This document shows positions 28,198 through 37,656 of a DNA stretch of 64,000 bases, in pieces. The stretch comes from Clostridiaceae bacterium (lineage in GTDB: Bacteria > Bacillota > Clostridia > Saccharofermentanales > DTU023): assembly GCA_012800435.1 (NCBI GenBank), contig JAAZJH010000023.1, positions 4,878-68,877 of the forward strand. Direction: 5' to 3'. Below the pieces are notes generated by a model, which made no database searches, was not told the DNA's origin, and worked only from the letters and a program-made list of their open reading frames with translations. The position numbers and the translations under genes are program-made. Within the stretch, counting starts at the first letter, position 1, and every line of letters begins with the position of its first letter.

Positions 28198-30189
28198 TCA
28201 TGACCAAGCACAAAGCGCAGATCTCGCCGCGCCAGCCACCTCTATGAGATGGAGCATACGTTTCTCCAAGCCCGACGCGTCAAGCTGTTCCAAAGCGATC
28301 AGCTCCTTGCGCGACGCGGCGCCTCTGGTGAGATGTGTAACACCTGCATAATTAACCAAGCAATCCGGACAGCGTCTTGCGATTTCGGCGACGACCATTG
28401 AGCCAAATCCGCCTCGTTCAACGCTATCCTCAATGATCAGCAGTTTGTTTGTTTTATGTATAGAGTGTATCACAGATTTATAATCAAACGGCATAGCGCA
28501 CAAGCAAGAAAAAAGTTCAATTGAATAACCGGACTCGTCCGACATAATGCGCCGGCATGCCTGTAGAGCTTCCGACACGCATGGACCCAAGGCGACAACG
28601 GTAAGATCGTTTCCTGAAAGCATATGGCGAAGTGAAAATATAGCATCGGCCTCGTCTGTCCATGCTCCATGACCTTCGTGCTCAAAGGCAATCGTATGTC
28701 TTCGCACGTTTGTCATATCGGTCATCTGGAAGATATCGGCTGATGGAGCCTCGCTTCTCGGATAACGAATCAGCACCGGACCGTCATGCTGCACCGCCCA
28801 TTTAAGCGTTTTTCTTAAATCGGGCGCTGTGGCCGGAGCAAAGACAGTAAGATTAGGAAGCTTGAGCGCGTATGCAAGATCATAAAGACCCTGATGCGTG
28901 TCACCATCTCCGCCGACAAGTCCCGCGCGATCAACAGCAAAAATAACAGACAGATTCTGCAGACAGACATCGTGCAGCATTTCGTCAAAAGCACGTTGTA
29001 AAAACGTGCTGTACAACGCAACCACAGGACGCATGCCCGCTGATGCCATACCGGCGGCCATGGTTACGGCATGTTCTTCAGCAATGCCGACATCCCAGAA
29101 GCGATCGGGATACCTTTCGGCAAAATGTGAAAGACCGGTTCCTCGCGTCATCGCCGCAACGATCACCGCTACATCCTGATGCTCAGATGCAATGTCGATG
29201 ATTGTGTTGCCGAATACGTCCGAGAAAGTCGATTCATTCCCTATGTTACCGCCCGTTACGCCTTTTTCCGGATCAAAAGCGGATACGCCATGATAATCCT
29301 CCGGATGTTTCTCTGCCGGAGCGTAGCCTTTTCCCTTTTGAGTAATGACGTGAAGCAACACCGGCCCGCGCACTAAACAAAGAGCTTGCAGATGACGCTC
29401 CAATTCCCTTAAGTCGTGTCCGTCAATCGGCCCGTAATAACGGAAGCCGAGCTGTTCAAAAAGAACACTGCTTTCTCGACGGTACGTGCGCCAGCGCCTT
29501 TTCATCCGCGCCAGCTGGCGCACCAATGATGGGCCAATAATCGGTATCTTATTCAGTCGCCTTTCCCAAAGAGGCTTCATGCGTAGATAACGTGTAGATG
29601 TTCGGAGATGTTCCAGATGGTTTGCTATGCCCCCTGCAGCACGATCAATACACATTTGATTATCATTCAAGACGACCATTACGTTGTCTTCGTGTTCGCC
29701 GATATCGGACAGAGCTTCTAAGGCCAATCCGTTTTCAATTGCGCCGTCGCCAATCAAGGCGACAGTACGACTCGTGTCGCCACGAAGGCGTTTCGCGCGG
29801 GCAATCCCCGCACAAGCCGAAATCGAAGTACTCGAATGACCCGTATTAAAGGCATCGTATGGGCTTTCCTCACGTTTTGGAAAACCGGATAAACCATCTT
29901 TCTGGCGAAGTGTCGAAAACATATCGAGACGGCCAGTCAGCATTTTCCATGCATAGCATTGATGACCAACGTCAAAAACGATCGTGTCTCTGGGCACATC
30001 AAATACTGAAAGCAGCGCAATCGTGAGTTCGACGACGCCAAGATTAGGCGCCAAATGTCCTCCTGTTTTGGAAACAGTATCTAATATTTGCCGACGAATA
30101 TCTTCGGCAAGTTCCTCTTTGTCGTCATACGACAAAGAGGCAATATCGTCTACAGATTTTAATGAGGAGAGTAGCGTATTTTGCTGCAC
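28198..30189 (-). CDS. dxs: 1-deoxy-D-xylulose-5-phosphate synthase
   Basis: 663 aa. GHSSTSISA and the ThDP motif IGDGAIENG...LNDN. Transketolase-like middle and C-terminal domains. Confidence 0.95.
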   Translation of the reverse strand: MQQNTLLSSLKSVDDIASLSYDDKEELAEDIRRQILDTVSKTGGHLAPNLGVVELTIALLSVFDVPRDTIVFDVGHQCYAWKMLTGRLDMFSTLRQKDGLSGFPKREESPYDAFNTGHSSTSISACAGIARAKRLRGDTSRTVALIGDGAIENGLALEALSDIGEHEDNVMVVLNDNQMCIDRAAGGIANHLEHLRTSTRYLRMKPLWERRLNKIPIIGPSLVRQLARMKRRWRTYRRESSVLFEQLGFRYYGPIDGHDLRELERHLQALCLVRGPVLLHVITQKGKGYAPAEKHPEDYHGVSAFDPEKGVTGGNIGNESTFSDVFGNTIIDIASEHQDVAVIVAAMTRGTGLSHFAERYPDRFWDVGIAEEHAVTMAAGMASAGMRPVVALYSTFLQRAFDEMLHDVCLQNLSVIFAVDRAGLVGGDGDTHQGLYDLAYALKLPNLTVFAPATAPDLRKTLKWAVQHDGPVLIRYPRSEAPSADIFQMTDMTNVRRHTIAFEHEGHGAWTDEADAIFSLRHMLSGNDLTVVALGPCVSEALQACRRIMSDESGYSIELFSCLCAMPFDYKSVIHSIHKTNKLLIIEDSVERGGFGSMVVAEIARRCPDCLVNYAGVTHLTRGAASRKELIALEQLDASGLEKRMLHLIEVAGAARSALCAWS

Positions 30190-30287
30190 TCGTCTTTACC
30201 CTTTCTACTTAAACGGCAGGCCTAAAATAGTATTCATACGTTGTACAAGCCTTACCGAAAAACGGATTGTTATTGAATAAGGCTTCG

Positions 30288-31253
30288 CTAGGAAACCCGG
30301 GTTTCAAGCACCTTTATATAGGAACGCAGTTCACTTGTCGCGCGTCCTTTTTCATCAAGCGCGTCCAGCGCCTTTTCCGCATCGCGAGCCGCCTCTGCAA
30401 GCGCGAGTCGCGCCTGCTCTTTGCCCAATAACGTCACATATGTCTTCTTTAGATCACGCACATCCTTGCCGATCGTTTTACCAAGTAACTCCTTATCGGA
30501 AACGACATCAAGGATGTCATCGCGAATTTGAAATAAAAGACCGAGCGATGCAGCAAACTGATCTAAACTTGTCTCTTCGTCTTTCGAAGCACCGGAAAGG
30601 CGCGCGCCGGCACCTACGGCTGCCCGGATCAGACATGCCGTTTTTAAAGTGACCATTTCACGCACTTGTTCGATACTTGTTAAGCCGTCTTTCGCTGAAG
30701 TGTTGGTGGAGTCCGTGTACTGAATCATGTTCCCTTCCCGACAGCGACCGTCCATCGCCAGATCAAGCGACTGACCAAGGATCATTCCCTCTCCGCCCGC
30801 CATCGTCGCCATCCACCACAACGCCGATACCGCTTCCGGTCGTCCGCTTTTGACACAGCTTGCAGACGCAATCTCAAAGGCTCGATTCAGCAACAGGTCG
30901 CCGGCAAGAATCGCGGTCGCCTCTCCGAATTGTCGATGACATGACGGTTGACCGCGCCGAAAATCATCGTCATCCATGGCAGGTAAATCGTCATGAATCA
31001 AGGAATACGTGTGAATCATTTCAATCGCCGCAGCGAAAGCCATCGCTTCCTGCGGAGGATCTTTACCGAAAAGCCGACACGTCATGAATAATAGTCGTGG
31101 ACGCACACGTTTGCCGCCGGATAACAAGCTGTAGCGCGCAGCTCGCCAAACGGTATCATCCTTTCGGTGAGCCGGTGTAAGATAATAATCCAGCGCGCGC
31201 TCAAATTCCATAAGTGCGTCTTCGAATTTATGCTTCATGTCAGACATTGTCAA
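30288..31253 (-). CDS. ispA: polyprenyl (farnesyl/geranylgeranyl) diphosphate synthase
   Basis: 321 aa. First and second Asp-rich motifs LIHDDLPAMDDDDFRRG and FQIRDDILD. Confidence 0.9.
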   Translation of the reverse strand: MTMSDMKHKFEDALMEFERALDYYLTPAHRKDDTVWRAARYSLLSGGKRVRPRLLFMTCRLFGKDPPQEAMAFAAAIEMIHTYSLIHDDLPAMDDDDFRRGQPSCHRQFGEATAILAGDLLLNRAFEIASASCVKSGRPEAVSALWWMATMAGGEGMILGQSLDLAMDGRCREGNMIQYTDSTNTSAKDGLTSIEQVREMVTLKTACLIRAAVGAGARLSGASKDEETSLDQFAASLGLLFQIRDDILDVVSDKELLGKTIGKDVRDLKKTYVTLLGKEQARLALAEAARDAEKALDALDEKGRATSELRSYIKVLETRVS

Positions 31254-31543
31254 TCGGAAATCTCCTTCATATCTAGTGCCGCCTCACTGCCGTCCTCCCC
31301 GACGAGAATCGTTAGTTCCTCTTTCATCTGTAAAAGCATATTCGCGCATCGATCAGCAAGGGCGATGCCTTCACGAAAAAGTGTCATAGATTGTTCTAGC
31401 GGCGCATCACCGCGTTCAAGCATCGTCACGATCTCTTCGAGTCGTTTTATCGCTTCCTCATACGAAAAGTCCTGCTCCGGCGCATCTTGCGGCACCTGTT
31501 CATCTATTAAACTATCATTGGATGGTTTCTTTTCCGGTGTCAT
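31250..31543 (-). CDS. xseB: exodeoxyribonuclease VII small subunit
   Basis: 97-aa helical protein. FSYEEAIKRLEEIVTMLERGDAPLEQSMTLFREG is the typical XseB core. Sits downstream of xseA. Confidence 0.88.
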   Translation of the reverse strand: MTPEKKPSNDSLIDEQVPQDAPEQDFSYEEAIKRLEEIVTMLERGDAPLEQSMTLFREGIALADRCANMLLQMKEELTILVGEDGSEAALDMKEISD

Positions 31544-31684
31544 TGAATATTCCTTTCCATGAGAGGCTCCAACACTTCATTGCCCATCATTTACTTCCTT
31601 GAGGAGTCAAACGACCTCAATCTTCGCGCTTAAGTTTGCGGTCATGCCGCTCAATATCATCGCTTCTGATCGCGATTATCCAAG

Positions 31685-32986
31685 TCACTTCGTTCCCGCG
31701 CCTACATCGGTAAGTGGTCGTGTTACTTCCAGCTCCACACGTCCATCACTGAAAAGCGCCTCTACCACTTCCTTCGGCTGAAGTTCGCTCGCGCGTGCCA
31801 CCCAGTACCCGTCCTTTTTCTTTAAAACTGCGTATCCGCGGGATAGAATGGCATACGGCGAGAGCGCATCAAGCGCTCGACGAAGTGTCGTGTGTTGATA
31901 AGAGACTTTGTTGAAATATTGTCGCATACTTTCCTTAAGTTGTCGGAACAATCGTTCCATTTGATGATTTTCGTGCGTAAAACGTTTCTCATAGGCATGA
32001 TTGAGCTCTCGTGAAAGGTAATCCAGACGCAACGCATGACGATCTACGACAGCATAAGGGTTTTGCAATACCGGTCTATTGGCTAATGACGTAACGTGAC
32101 GTTCTTCTGTAATAATACGATTTAGCATCGCCTGTTCAAGCGCTGATGCACGCTGATCTACATGTTGAAGCAGATCCGATTTGACCGGTACCGCTAGTTC
32201 AGCAGCCGCGGACGGCGTCGGAGCGCGAAGATCAGCAACAAAATCCGAGATTGTGTAATCGGTCTCATGGCCGACGGCTGAAATAACAGGAATAGCCGAT
32301 GAGGCAATCGCACGAGCCGTAATCTCTTCGTTGAAAGGCTGTAAATCTTCTAATGAACCGCCGCCACGACCGAGAATAATCACGTCCCCAAGACGAAGAC
32401 GATTAACCGTCTCGATGGCGGATGCGATCATATTTTCCGCCCCCGCTCCCTGAACGGGCGTTTCCACTAATACTAGACGCATTCCGGGGAAGCGACGCCG
32501 TATGACATGAATCATATCGCGAATGACGGCGCCTTGAGAAGACGTCACCGCGACCACACGTTTCGGAATAAAAGGAATCGGCTTTTTTCTAGAAGCGTCA
32601 AAAAGACCTTCTCTTTCTAATTTCTCTTTTAGCGCGAGAAACTGACGGTAAAGATCTCCGACGCCTTTTTCCTCACGGATGGCTTCCGCAACGAGCTGGA
32701 AGCGACCTGTTTTATCATAGACGTTGGGTGCCCCCTGAACGACAACTTTCATTCCTTCCGTCATACGTGCCGGAGCGAAAGGAGCTCGACTGCGAAACAA
32801 CACGCATGACACAGAGGCATCTTGATCTTTTAATGTGAAATAAGCATGACCTGAAGGATAGCGCTTGTACCCGGAAATCTCTCCGCGCACCGCTACACGT
32901 GAAAGATACGGATCAGAGCGAAACAGCTGATTGATTCGTGTGTTGAACTCCAGAACGGAAAGCGGCTCATTCATGTGCTTCCTCAC
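31685..32986 (-). CDS. xseA: exodeoxyribonuclease VII large subunit
   Basis: 433 aa. N-terminal OB fold (VRGEISGYKRYPSGHAYFTLKD) and catalytic region (RGGGSLEDLQPFNEE, VGHETD). Confidence 0.92.
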   Translation of the reverse strand: MRKHMNEPLSVLEFNTRINQLFRSDPYLSRVAVRGEISGYKRYPSGHAYFTLKDQDASVSCVLFRSRAPFAPARMTEGMKVVVQGAPNVYDKTGRFQLVAEAIREEKGVGDLYRQFLALKEKLEREGLFDASRKKPIPFIPKRVVAVTSSQGAVIRDMIHVIRRRFPGMRLVLVETPVQGAGAENMIASAIETVNRLRLGDVIILGRGGGSLEDLQPFNEEITARAIASSAIPVISAVGHETDYTISDFVADLRAPTPSAAAELAVPVKSDLLQHVDQRASALEQAMLNRIITEERHVTSLANRPVLQNPYAVVDRHALRLDYLSRELNHAYEKRFTHENHQMERLFRQLKESMRQYFNKVSYQHTTLRRALDALSPYAILSRGYAVLKKKDGYWVARASELQPKEVVEALFSDGRVELEVTRPLTDVGAGTK

Positions 32987-33440
32987 TTTGTTGCCGCTTT
33001 TTCAGGTTATTGTCTTCGCTATGCTGAAGCACACGTTTTTTTTCATTTCGATCGACATTGCCCAACACTGCGTTGACAAATGGACGCGATTGGTCGGTGC
33101 CATAGGTATCTGCCAGAATAACAGCCTCAGAAATAGCAATCTCTGTCGGCACTTCATCGTCGAACAAAAGCTCAAAAACACCGATGCTCAAAATCGCGAC
33201 ATCAATGATCTCTTGGCGATCGAGCGTCCAGCCGCGCAGATACTTGGAGATAATTTTTCTGATTTCTTCTTGATGTTCCAGGACGCCATCGATCAAACGA
33301 TTAAAATAGAGGACATCGTCTTCAGATCCGACCGGGTATTCCTCAACAAATCGTTGACGCTGTTCCTGCTTGCTCTTCGGACGGATAGACAATTGATACA
33401 GAAGTGACAACGCTTGTTTTCGCGCGTGATGACGACTCAT
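32967..33440 (-). CDS. nusB: transcription antitermination factor NusB
   Basis: 157 aa. RHHARKQALSLLYQ N-terminus and AISEAVILADTYG...FVNAVLG core. Confidence 0.9.
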   Translation of the reverse strand: MSRHHARKQALSLLYQLSIRPKSKQEQRQRFVEEYPVGSEDDVLYFNRLIDGVLEHQEEIRKIISKYLRGWTLDRQEIIDVAILSIGVFELLFDDEVPTEIAISEAVILADTYGTDQSRPFVNAVLGNVDRNEKKRVLQHSEDNNLKKRQQSEEAHE

Positions 33441-33454
33441 GAACGGGGCACCTT

Positions 33455-33697
33455 TCAGCGGAACTTGCCCGGAGGAAACAGCTTGTCGATCAACTTACGT
33501 ATAGATTCACGATCACTGAAAAATCGATACCCTACATAATAACCAACCAACACAAAAATCAGGATAAAAAGCAGCTTCCAAATGCCAAAAATGACCCAAA
33601 GCAACGCAAAGCAAAAACCGATAATCGCGCCGATCACACCCGGAGTGAGATTCGGACGGTCATCTTGTCGCGGCGGTTTGTTGTCGAGAAAAGCCAT
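33455..33697 (-). CDS. small two-TM membrane protein (DUF2273-like)
   Basis: 80 aa with two hydrophobic helices. Located next to Asp23/AmaP-type genes, as in the alkaline-shock loci of Firmicutes. Confidence 0.55.
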   Translation of the reverse strand: MAFLDNKPPRQDDRPNLTPGVIGAIIGFCFALLWVIFGIWKLLFILIFVLVGYYVGYRFFSDRESIRKLIDKLFPPGKFR

Positions 33698-33702
33698 GAA
33701 AC

Positions 33703-34254
33703 TTAACGCTCCACGCGCGGTGAAATCGCTTCAACGCGATGCACACGGACACGCACTTGTCCGACCTCTATACCGGTGTATTTCTCAATATCTTTTTTAA
33801 CGCGGTCTTGAACACGCGCCATCATGATGGGAATCTCAACATTGGGGTAAACCTGAATCATAAGAAGAATCGAGAGTTTTCCATCCTTATACGGGGAAAC
33901 GCGCGCCCTAGAAGATTTGACGCCTGATTGCGATGCTTTCGCCGCATTCAGAGCAATACTTTCAATCGCCTCGACGCCAATTTCAATTTGACCTATTTCA
34001 TTCTCACGAACACGAGTACGGCGCAAGCGTCCTGAAAGAATCGCCAATACGAGCGTGATCACGGTAATCAATAGACCGACAATTCCGGTAATTAGCGCGA
34101 TGGTACGAGCCGGCTGCCTTTGAACGATATCCACAATCAGCGTCACGACTCCTTCGAGAATCCGATTGCTCGCAATCATCGAAAGCGACAAGAGAAAAAC
34201 CACCGCAAGAATGAAAGAAAAAATAATGAGTATGAATCGTGTCCAACGGTTCAC
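33703..34254 (-). CDS. membrane-anchored Asp23-like protein (AmaP-type anchor candidate)
   Basis: 183 aa. Two N-terminal TM segments, then an Asp23-fold-like C-terminus (IEIGVEAIESIALNAA...VQDRVKKDIEKYTGIEV). Overlaps the asp23 stop by 4 nt. Confidence 0.55.
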   Translation of the reverse strand: MNRWTRFILIIFSFILAVVFLLSLSMIASNRILEGVVTLIVDIVQRQPARTIALITGIVGLLITVITLVLAILSGRLRRTRVRENEIGQIEIGVEAIESIALNAAKASQSGVKSSRARVSPYKDGKLSILLMIQVYPNVEIPIMMARVQDRVKKDIEKYTGIEVGQVRVRVHRVEAISPRVER

Positions 34255-34682
34255 TGCCGCACCTCCCCGGTTAAGTTGCGAACGGTCTTCTCGGCATCGC
34301 TGCTTTCACCGTCAATCGCTTCTTCTAAGACACGCATGACGTGCACGTTGACCGCATCAACGTTAAGACCGGTATAGCGTTCAACGTCCTTTTTAACGCG
34401 TTCCTGCACAGCCCACGCCACTTCCGGCATAACGAATCCGAAAAGCACGTCGATGTAAACGGTAATAATGACATCATCCGAATCATCGCCTCGAAAAACG
34501 ACACGAACGCCGCGACCTTCGTGTTCGAGGCCGATCGCCTCCTTAATGCTCGTCACAATGCCGGTATTCAATGAGCTGACACCCTCAGTATGAACGGCGG
34601 CCTTTGCAGCATATTGCGCGATAAAGCCTCGCGACATCGCGCGTTCACCCTTAATCGAATACGTCCGTCCGTGATGATCCAT
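34251..34682 (-). CDS. Asp23/Gls24 family envelope stress protein
   Basis: 143 aa. IAQYAAKAAVHTEGV...VQERVKKDVERYTGLNV is the typical Asp23 family pattern. Confidence 0.85.
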   Translation of the reverse strand: MDHHGRTYSIKGERAMSRGFIAQYAAKAAVHTEGVSSLNTGIVTSIKEAIGLEHEGRGVRVVFRGDDSDDVIITVYIDVLFGFVMPEVAWAVQERVKKDVERYTGLNVDAVNVHVMRVLEEAIDGESSDAEKTVRNLTGEVRQ

Positions 34683-34684
34683 GG

Positions 34685-35242
34685 TCAGGCGCGCTCCAGA
34701 TAAGCTCCTGTCCGCGTATCAATGCGCACTACCTCACCTTGGTTGATGAACAGCGGCACGCGAATCTCCGTACCCGTCTCTAGGACGGCATTCTTTGTGG
34801 CACTTTGTGCCGTGTCACCGCGAACAGCCGGCTCGCATTGCGTAATCTTTAACTCAACGACATTCGGCATCTCGACTTGGAGGATCTTCCCTTCCCAGAA
34901 CATCACGCGCACCACCGTTCCCTCCTTGAGGTAAGGAAGACTGTCTTCAAGCATATCGGTTCCGATGGGGATCTGCTCAAACGTTTCCTGATCCATAAAA
35001 TAGTAAAGATTCTCGTCCTTAAAAATATACGCCATATCACGGCGGGAGAGAGATACCGGTTCATATTTATCGGAAGGATTGAAGGTCGTTTGAACAACGC
35101 TGCCCGTCTCCAGGTTCTTAAACTTAACACGGACAAACGCCGAACCTTTCCCAGGCTTCACATGCTGGAATTCAACAACTTGGCAGGGTTGTCCGTCCAT
35201 CACAAATGTCGTTCCGTTTCGAAAATCGCCCGCACTGATCAT
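34685..35242 (-). CDS. efp: elongation factor P
   Basis: Start re-assigned to ATG 35242 (MISAGDFRNGTTF..., the canonical EF-P N-terminus). Contains the HVKPGKGSAFVRVKFKNL loop. Confidence 0.96.
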   Translation of the reverse strand: MISAGDFRNGTTFVMDGQPCQVVEFQHVKPGKGSAFVRVKFKNLETGSVVQTTFNPSDKYEPVSLSRRDMAYIFKDENLYYFMDQETFEQIPIGTDMLEDSLPYLKEGTVVRVMFWEGKILQVEMPNVVELKITQCEPAVRGDTAQSATKNAVLETGTEIRVPLFINQGEVVRIDTRTGAYLERA

Positions 35243-35656
35243 ACATACCTCCATGTTCAGTATGAAAATAGTTTTTAGGTAAACTTGTACTTCGTATATT
35301 ATGACAACGCGCCGAATGCCGCAAGTAAAAGCCTGTAGACGATATTTTTTCTTGTAAGATCTCGGACACCGCTTTCACGATGAGTTTATTTCTGCCACAT
35401 TGACATGTAACAAAACACCGCAATAAACAAGGCAAGCTATAAGACATTTTCCGGCAGGCAAAAGAGTATTTCTAACGGATAGGTTCCTTTTCTGGTAAAG
35501 TAAACGAAGCAGAATAAGAACTGATGAAGACAACACTAATCTAATAAGTAAAATGGTTACTTGCCGACAAGGACAAATCCTTGTTCAAAATTTCCGTCTT
35601 TACTCAGTGATTAAGATTATTCCTCCCGTAAAAAAACAACGGAAGGAGTGAAAAAG

Positions 35657-36280
35657 ATGGGCAACCGAAGCGAGATGACTACATCCACGAAAACAAACCT
35701 CTTTTCATCAAATGACAATGCTCCCTCAAACACAAGAGGAAGGGCGCGCTTGCGCGCATCTTTTTTCCCGGACGCAATCGTTGCTTCGCCGGATGTGATC
35801 CCTTTTGAGACGCTTCGCGAAAACGGAATATGTGCTGTGTTTCTTGATCTTGACAACACGCTTGCCATCGATGGCTCCTATGAGTCCGACACCTACACCA
35901 AACAAATCGTTGAACGCATACGTAAGGCTGAACTTACACCTGTTATCGTCTCCAATGCCGACCACGAACGCGCACTCGCATTTGCGGAGTCGGTTCCTGC
36001 CGACTGTATTTCAAAAGCGAAAAAACCGTCAACGGACATCATCCAAGCCTATATCACAGCTCACAATTGGCAACCACAAGAAATCTTAATGGTTGGCGAT
36101 CAGCTTCTGACAGATGTCCTCTGTGCCCGGCGCATTGGGATGAATATTATTCTTACAAAACAGCGTGCTAGACATGAGATCATTCCGATTCGGCTGAAGC
36201 GTTACATCGAAAAATGCTTAATCCTGCTTGGCGGATGCCGCCACTGGGAAGCCCTGAAAAAGAAAGGACGCTCCTTGTGA
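35657..36280 (+). CDS. yqeG: YqeG-family HAD-IIIA phosphatase
   Basis: Start re-assigned to ATG 35657, 8 nt after GGAAGGAG. HAD motifs AVFLDLDNTL, VSNA, KP and MVGDQLLTDVLCARRIGM. Confidence 0.8.
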   Translation: MGNRSEMTTSTKTNLFSSNDNAPSNTRGRARLRASFFPDAIVASPDVIPFETLRENGICAVFLDLDNTLAIDGSYESDTYTKQIVERIRKAELTPVIVSNADHERALAFAESVPADCISKAKKPSTDIIQAYITAHNWQPQEILMVGDQLLTDVLCARRIGMNIILTKQRARHEIIPIRLKRYIEKCLILLGGCRHWEALKKKGRSL

Positions 36281-37656
36281 TTGTATGTAAATTTGGAGGC
36301 TCATCACTGGCGGAAGCCTCGTTATTTCAAAAAGCCTGTGAAATTATGTGCGCCGACCCCAGAAGGAAAATCATGGTCGTTTCAGCTCCCGGCAAACGTT
36401 CATCCGTGCCGGGCGACATCAAGCTGACGGATCGTCTGATTGATCTTAGTGAGACAAAGGAGAAAAAGGGTAGTGTCGATACAGACATCGTAAACGCGGT
36501 CGACGAGCAAATTCGCTCAATTTGCACCGGTCTTTCACTTCCCGATGAATTACCTGATCAGCTCATAGACGATATTCTGACGCTAGCGCTTAAGGTAGAC
36601 CCTGATAAACCTTGGACACGCGCAGACCTCATCGCGTCAGGCGAAATCGTATCCGCAAAAATCGCTACCGCCTGCCTCCGGAATATGGGTACGCCTGCCC
36701 GCATTGTGGATCCGCGTGAAGCGGGACTTCTCGTCCGCTCATCTAATAGCGGAACAATCATCCTCCCTGAATCGTACCGTCATCTCGGACGACTAAATTG
36801 GACAAAGGAGATTCTGTGTGTTCCCGGGTTTTTTGGAGTTAATGAGCACGGACATACGGTGCTTTTTTCTCGTGGCGGCTCAGATATTACCGGATCCGTA
36901 CTGGCAAAAGCGACCGGTGCAAAGTTATATGAAAACTGGACAGATCGTGACAGTGTCTTTGCGGTAAATCCGGAGATCATTGAGCAAACAGTCCCCATTT
37001 TAGAAATCAGTTACCGTGAAATGCGCGAACTGGCGTATATGGGATTTTCCATCTTGCATCCGGAAGCGCTTGAACCTGTGATTGAACAGCGCATTCCTGT
37101 TCACATCCGAAACACTAACAATCCTGCCGCTCCCGGCACAAAGATCATTCCGGAGCGTACCCATATTGACCGAGCCATTACAGGCATTGCTGCGTCGGAT
37201 CAGTTCGTAGCGCTAAGTCTTCGCCGTGTTCTCATCAATCAGGAGATCGGTATTCTTTACCACATACTTCGCTTTTTTGTAGATGAGTCAATCAATGTTC
37301 ATCACGTGCCCACCGGAATCGACTCTTTAAGCATCATCGTTCGCGATGAAGATCTAACGCTTGAAAAAGAACAACGGATCCGCGAGCGACTTAAACACGA
37401 ACTCGGCATCAGCGATGTCATCGTGACTCGCGGTCTTGCCATCATCATGTTGGTCGGTGAAGGTATTCGCGACAATGTCGACATTCTGGCAAAAGCGACC
37501 GGTGCTCTCGCTGAAGAGCGGATCAGCATCGAGACTGTCATATTGGATTACTTCGAAATCAGCTTGATATTTATGGTACGGGATTACGATAAGACGCGCG
37601 CTGCATCTGCGCTATATCGCACATTTTTCAAAAAGAAACCGCTCGACCGATCATAA
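36277..37656 (+). CDS. aspartate kinase
   Basis: Start re-assigned to GTG 36277, which overlaps the yqeG stop as GTGA (VIVCKFGGSSLAEA...). Contains VVSAPGK, FSRGGSDITGSVLA, WTDRDSVFAVNPEI and C-terminal ACT-like repeats. Confidence 0.88.
   Translation: MIVCKFGGSSLAEASLFQKACEIMCADPRRKIMVVSAPGKRSSVPGDIKLTDRLIDLSETKEKKGSVDTDIVNAVDEQIRSICTGLSLPDELPDQLIDDILTLALKVDPDKPWTRADLIASGEIVSAKIATACLRNMGTPARIVDPREAGLLVRSSNSGTIILPESYRHLGRLNWTKEILCVPGFFGVNEHGHTVLFSRGGSDITGSVLAKATGAKLYENWTDRDSVFAVNPEIIEQTVPILEISYREMRELAYMGFSILHPEALEPVIEQRIPVHIRNTNNPAAPGTKIIPERTHIDRAITGIAASDQFVALSLRRVLINQEIGILYHILRFFVDESINVHHVPTGIDSLSIIVRDEDLTLEKEQRIRERLKHELGISDVIVTRGLAIIMLVGEGIRDNVDILAKATGALAEERISIETVILDYFEISLIFMVRDYDKTRAASALYRTFFKKKPLDRS

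Noticed and set aside
35282-35309. A dif-like XerCD site (acttgtacttcgtatattatgacaacg), considered because ftsK is in the window.
   Set aside because: Only the TTATG..AAC part of the XerD arm matches the Firmicute dif consensus (about 8 of 11), and the XerC arm does not match. The sequence is better explained as the efp promoter -10 region (TAATAT on the minus strand).
35255-35647. A possible lysine riboswitch or T-box in the 393-nt spacer upstream of yqeG-aspartokinase.
   Set aside because: No AGAGGCGC/L-box core, no T-box GGTGGTACCGCG-like sequence and no specifier-loop features were seen. Only one short hairpin (ACAAGGAcaaaTCCTTGT, about 35566-35583) is present.
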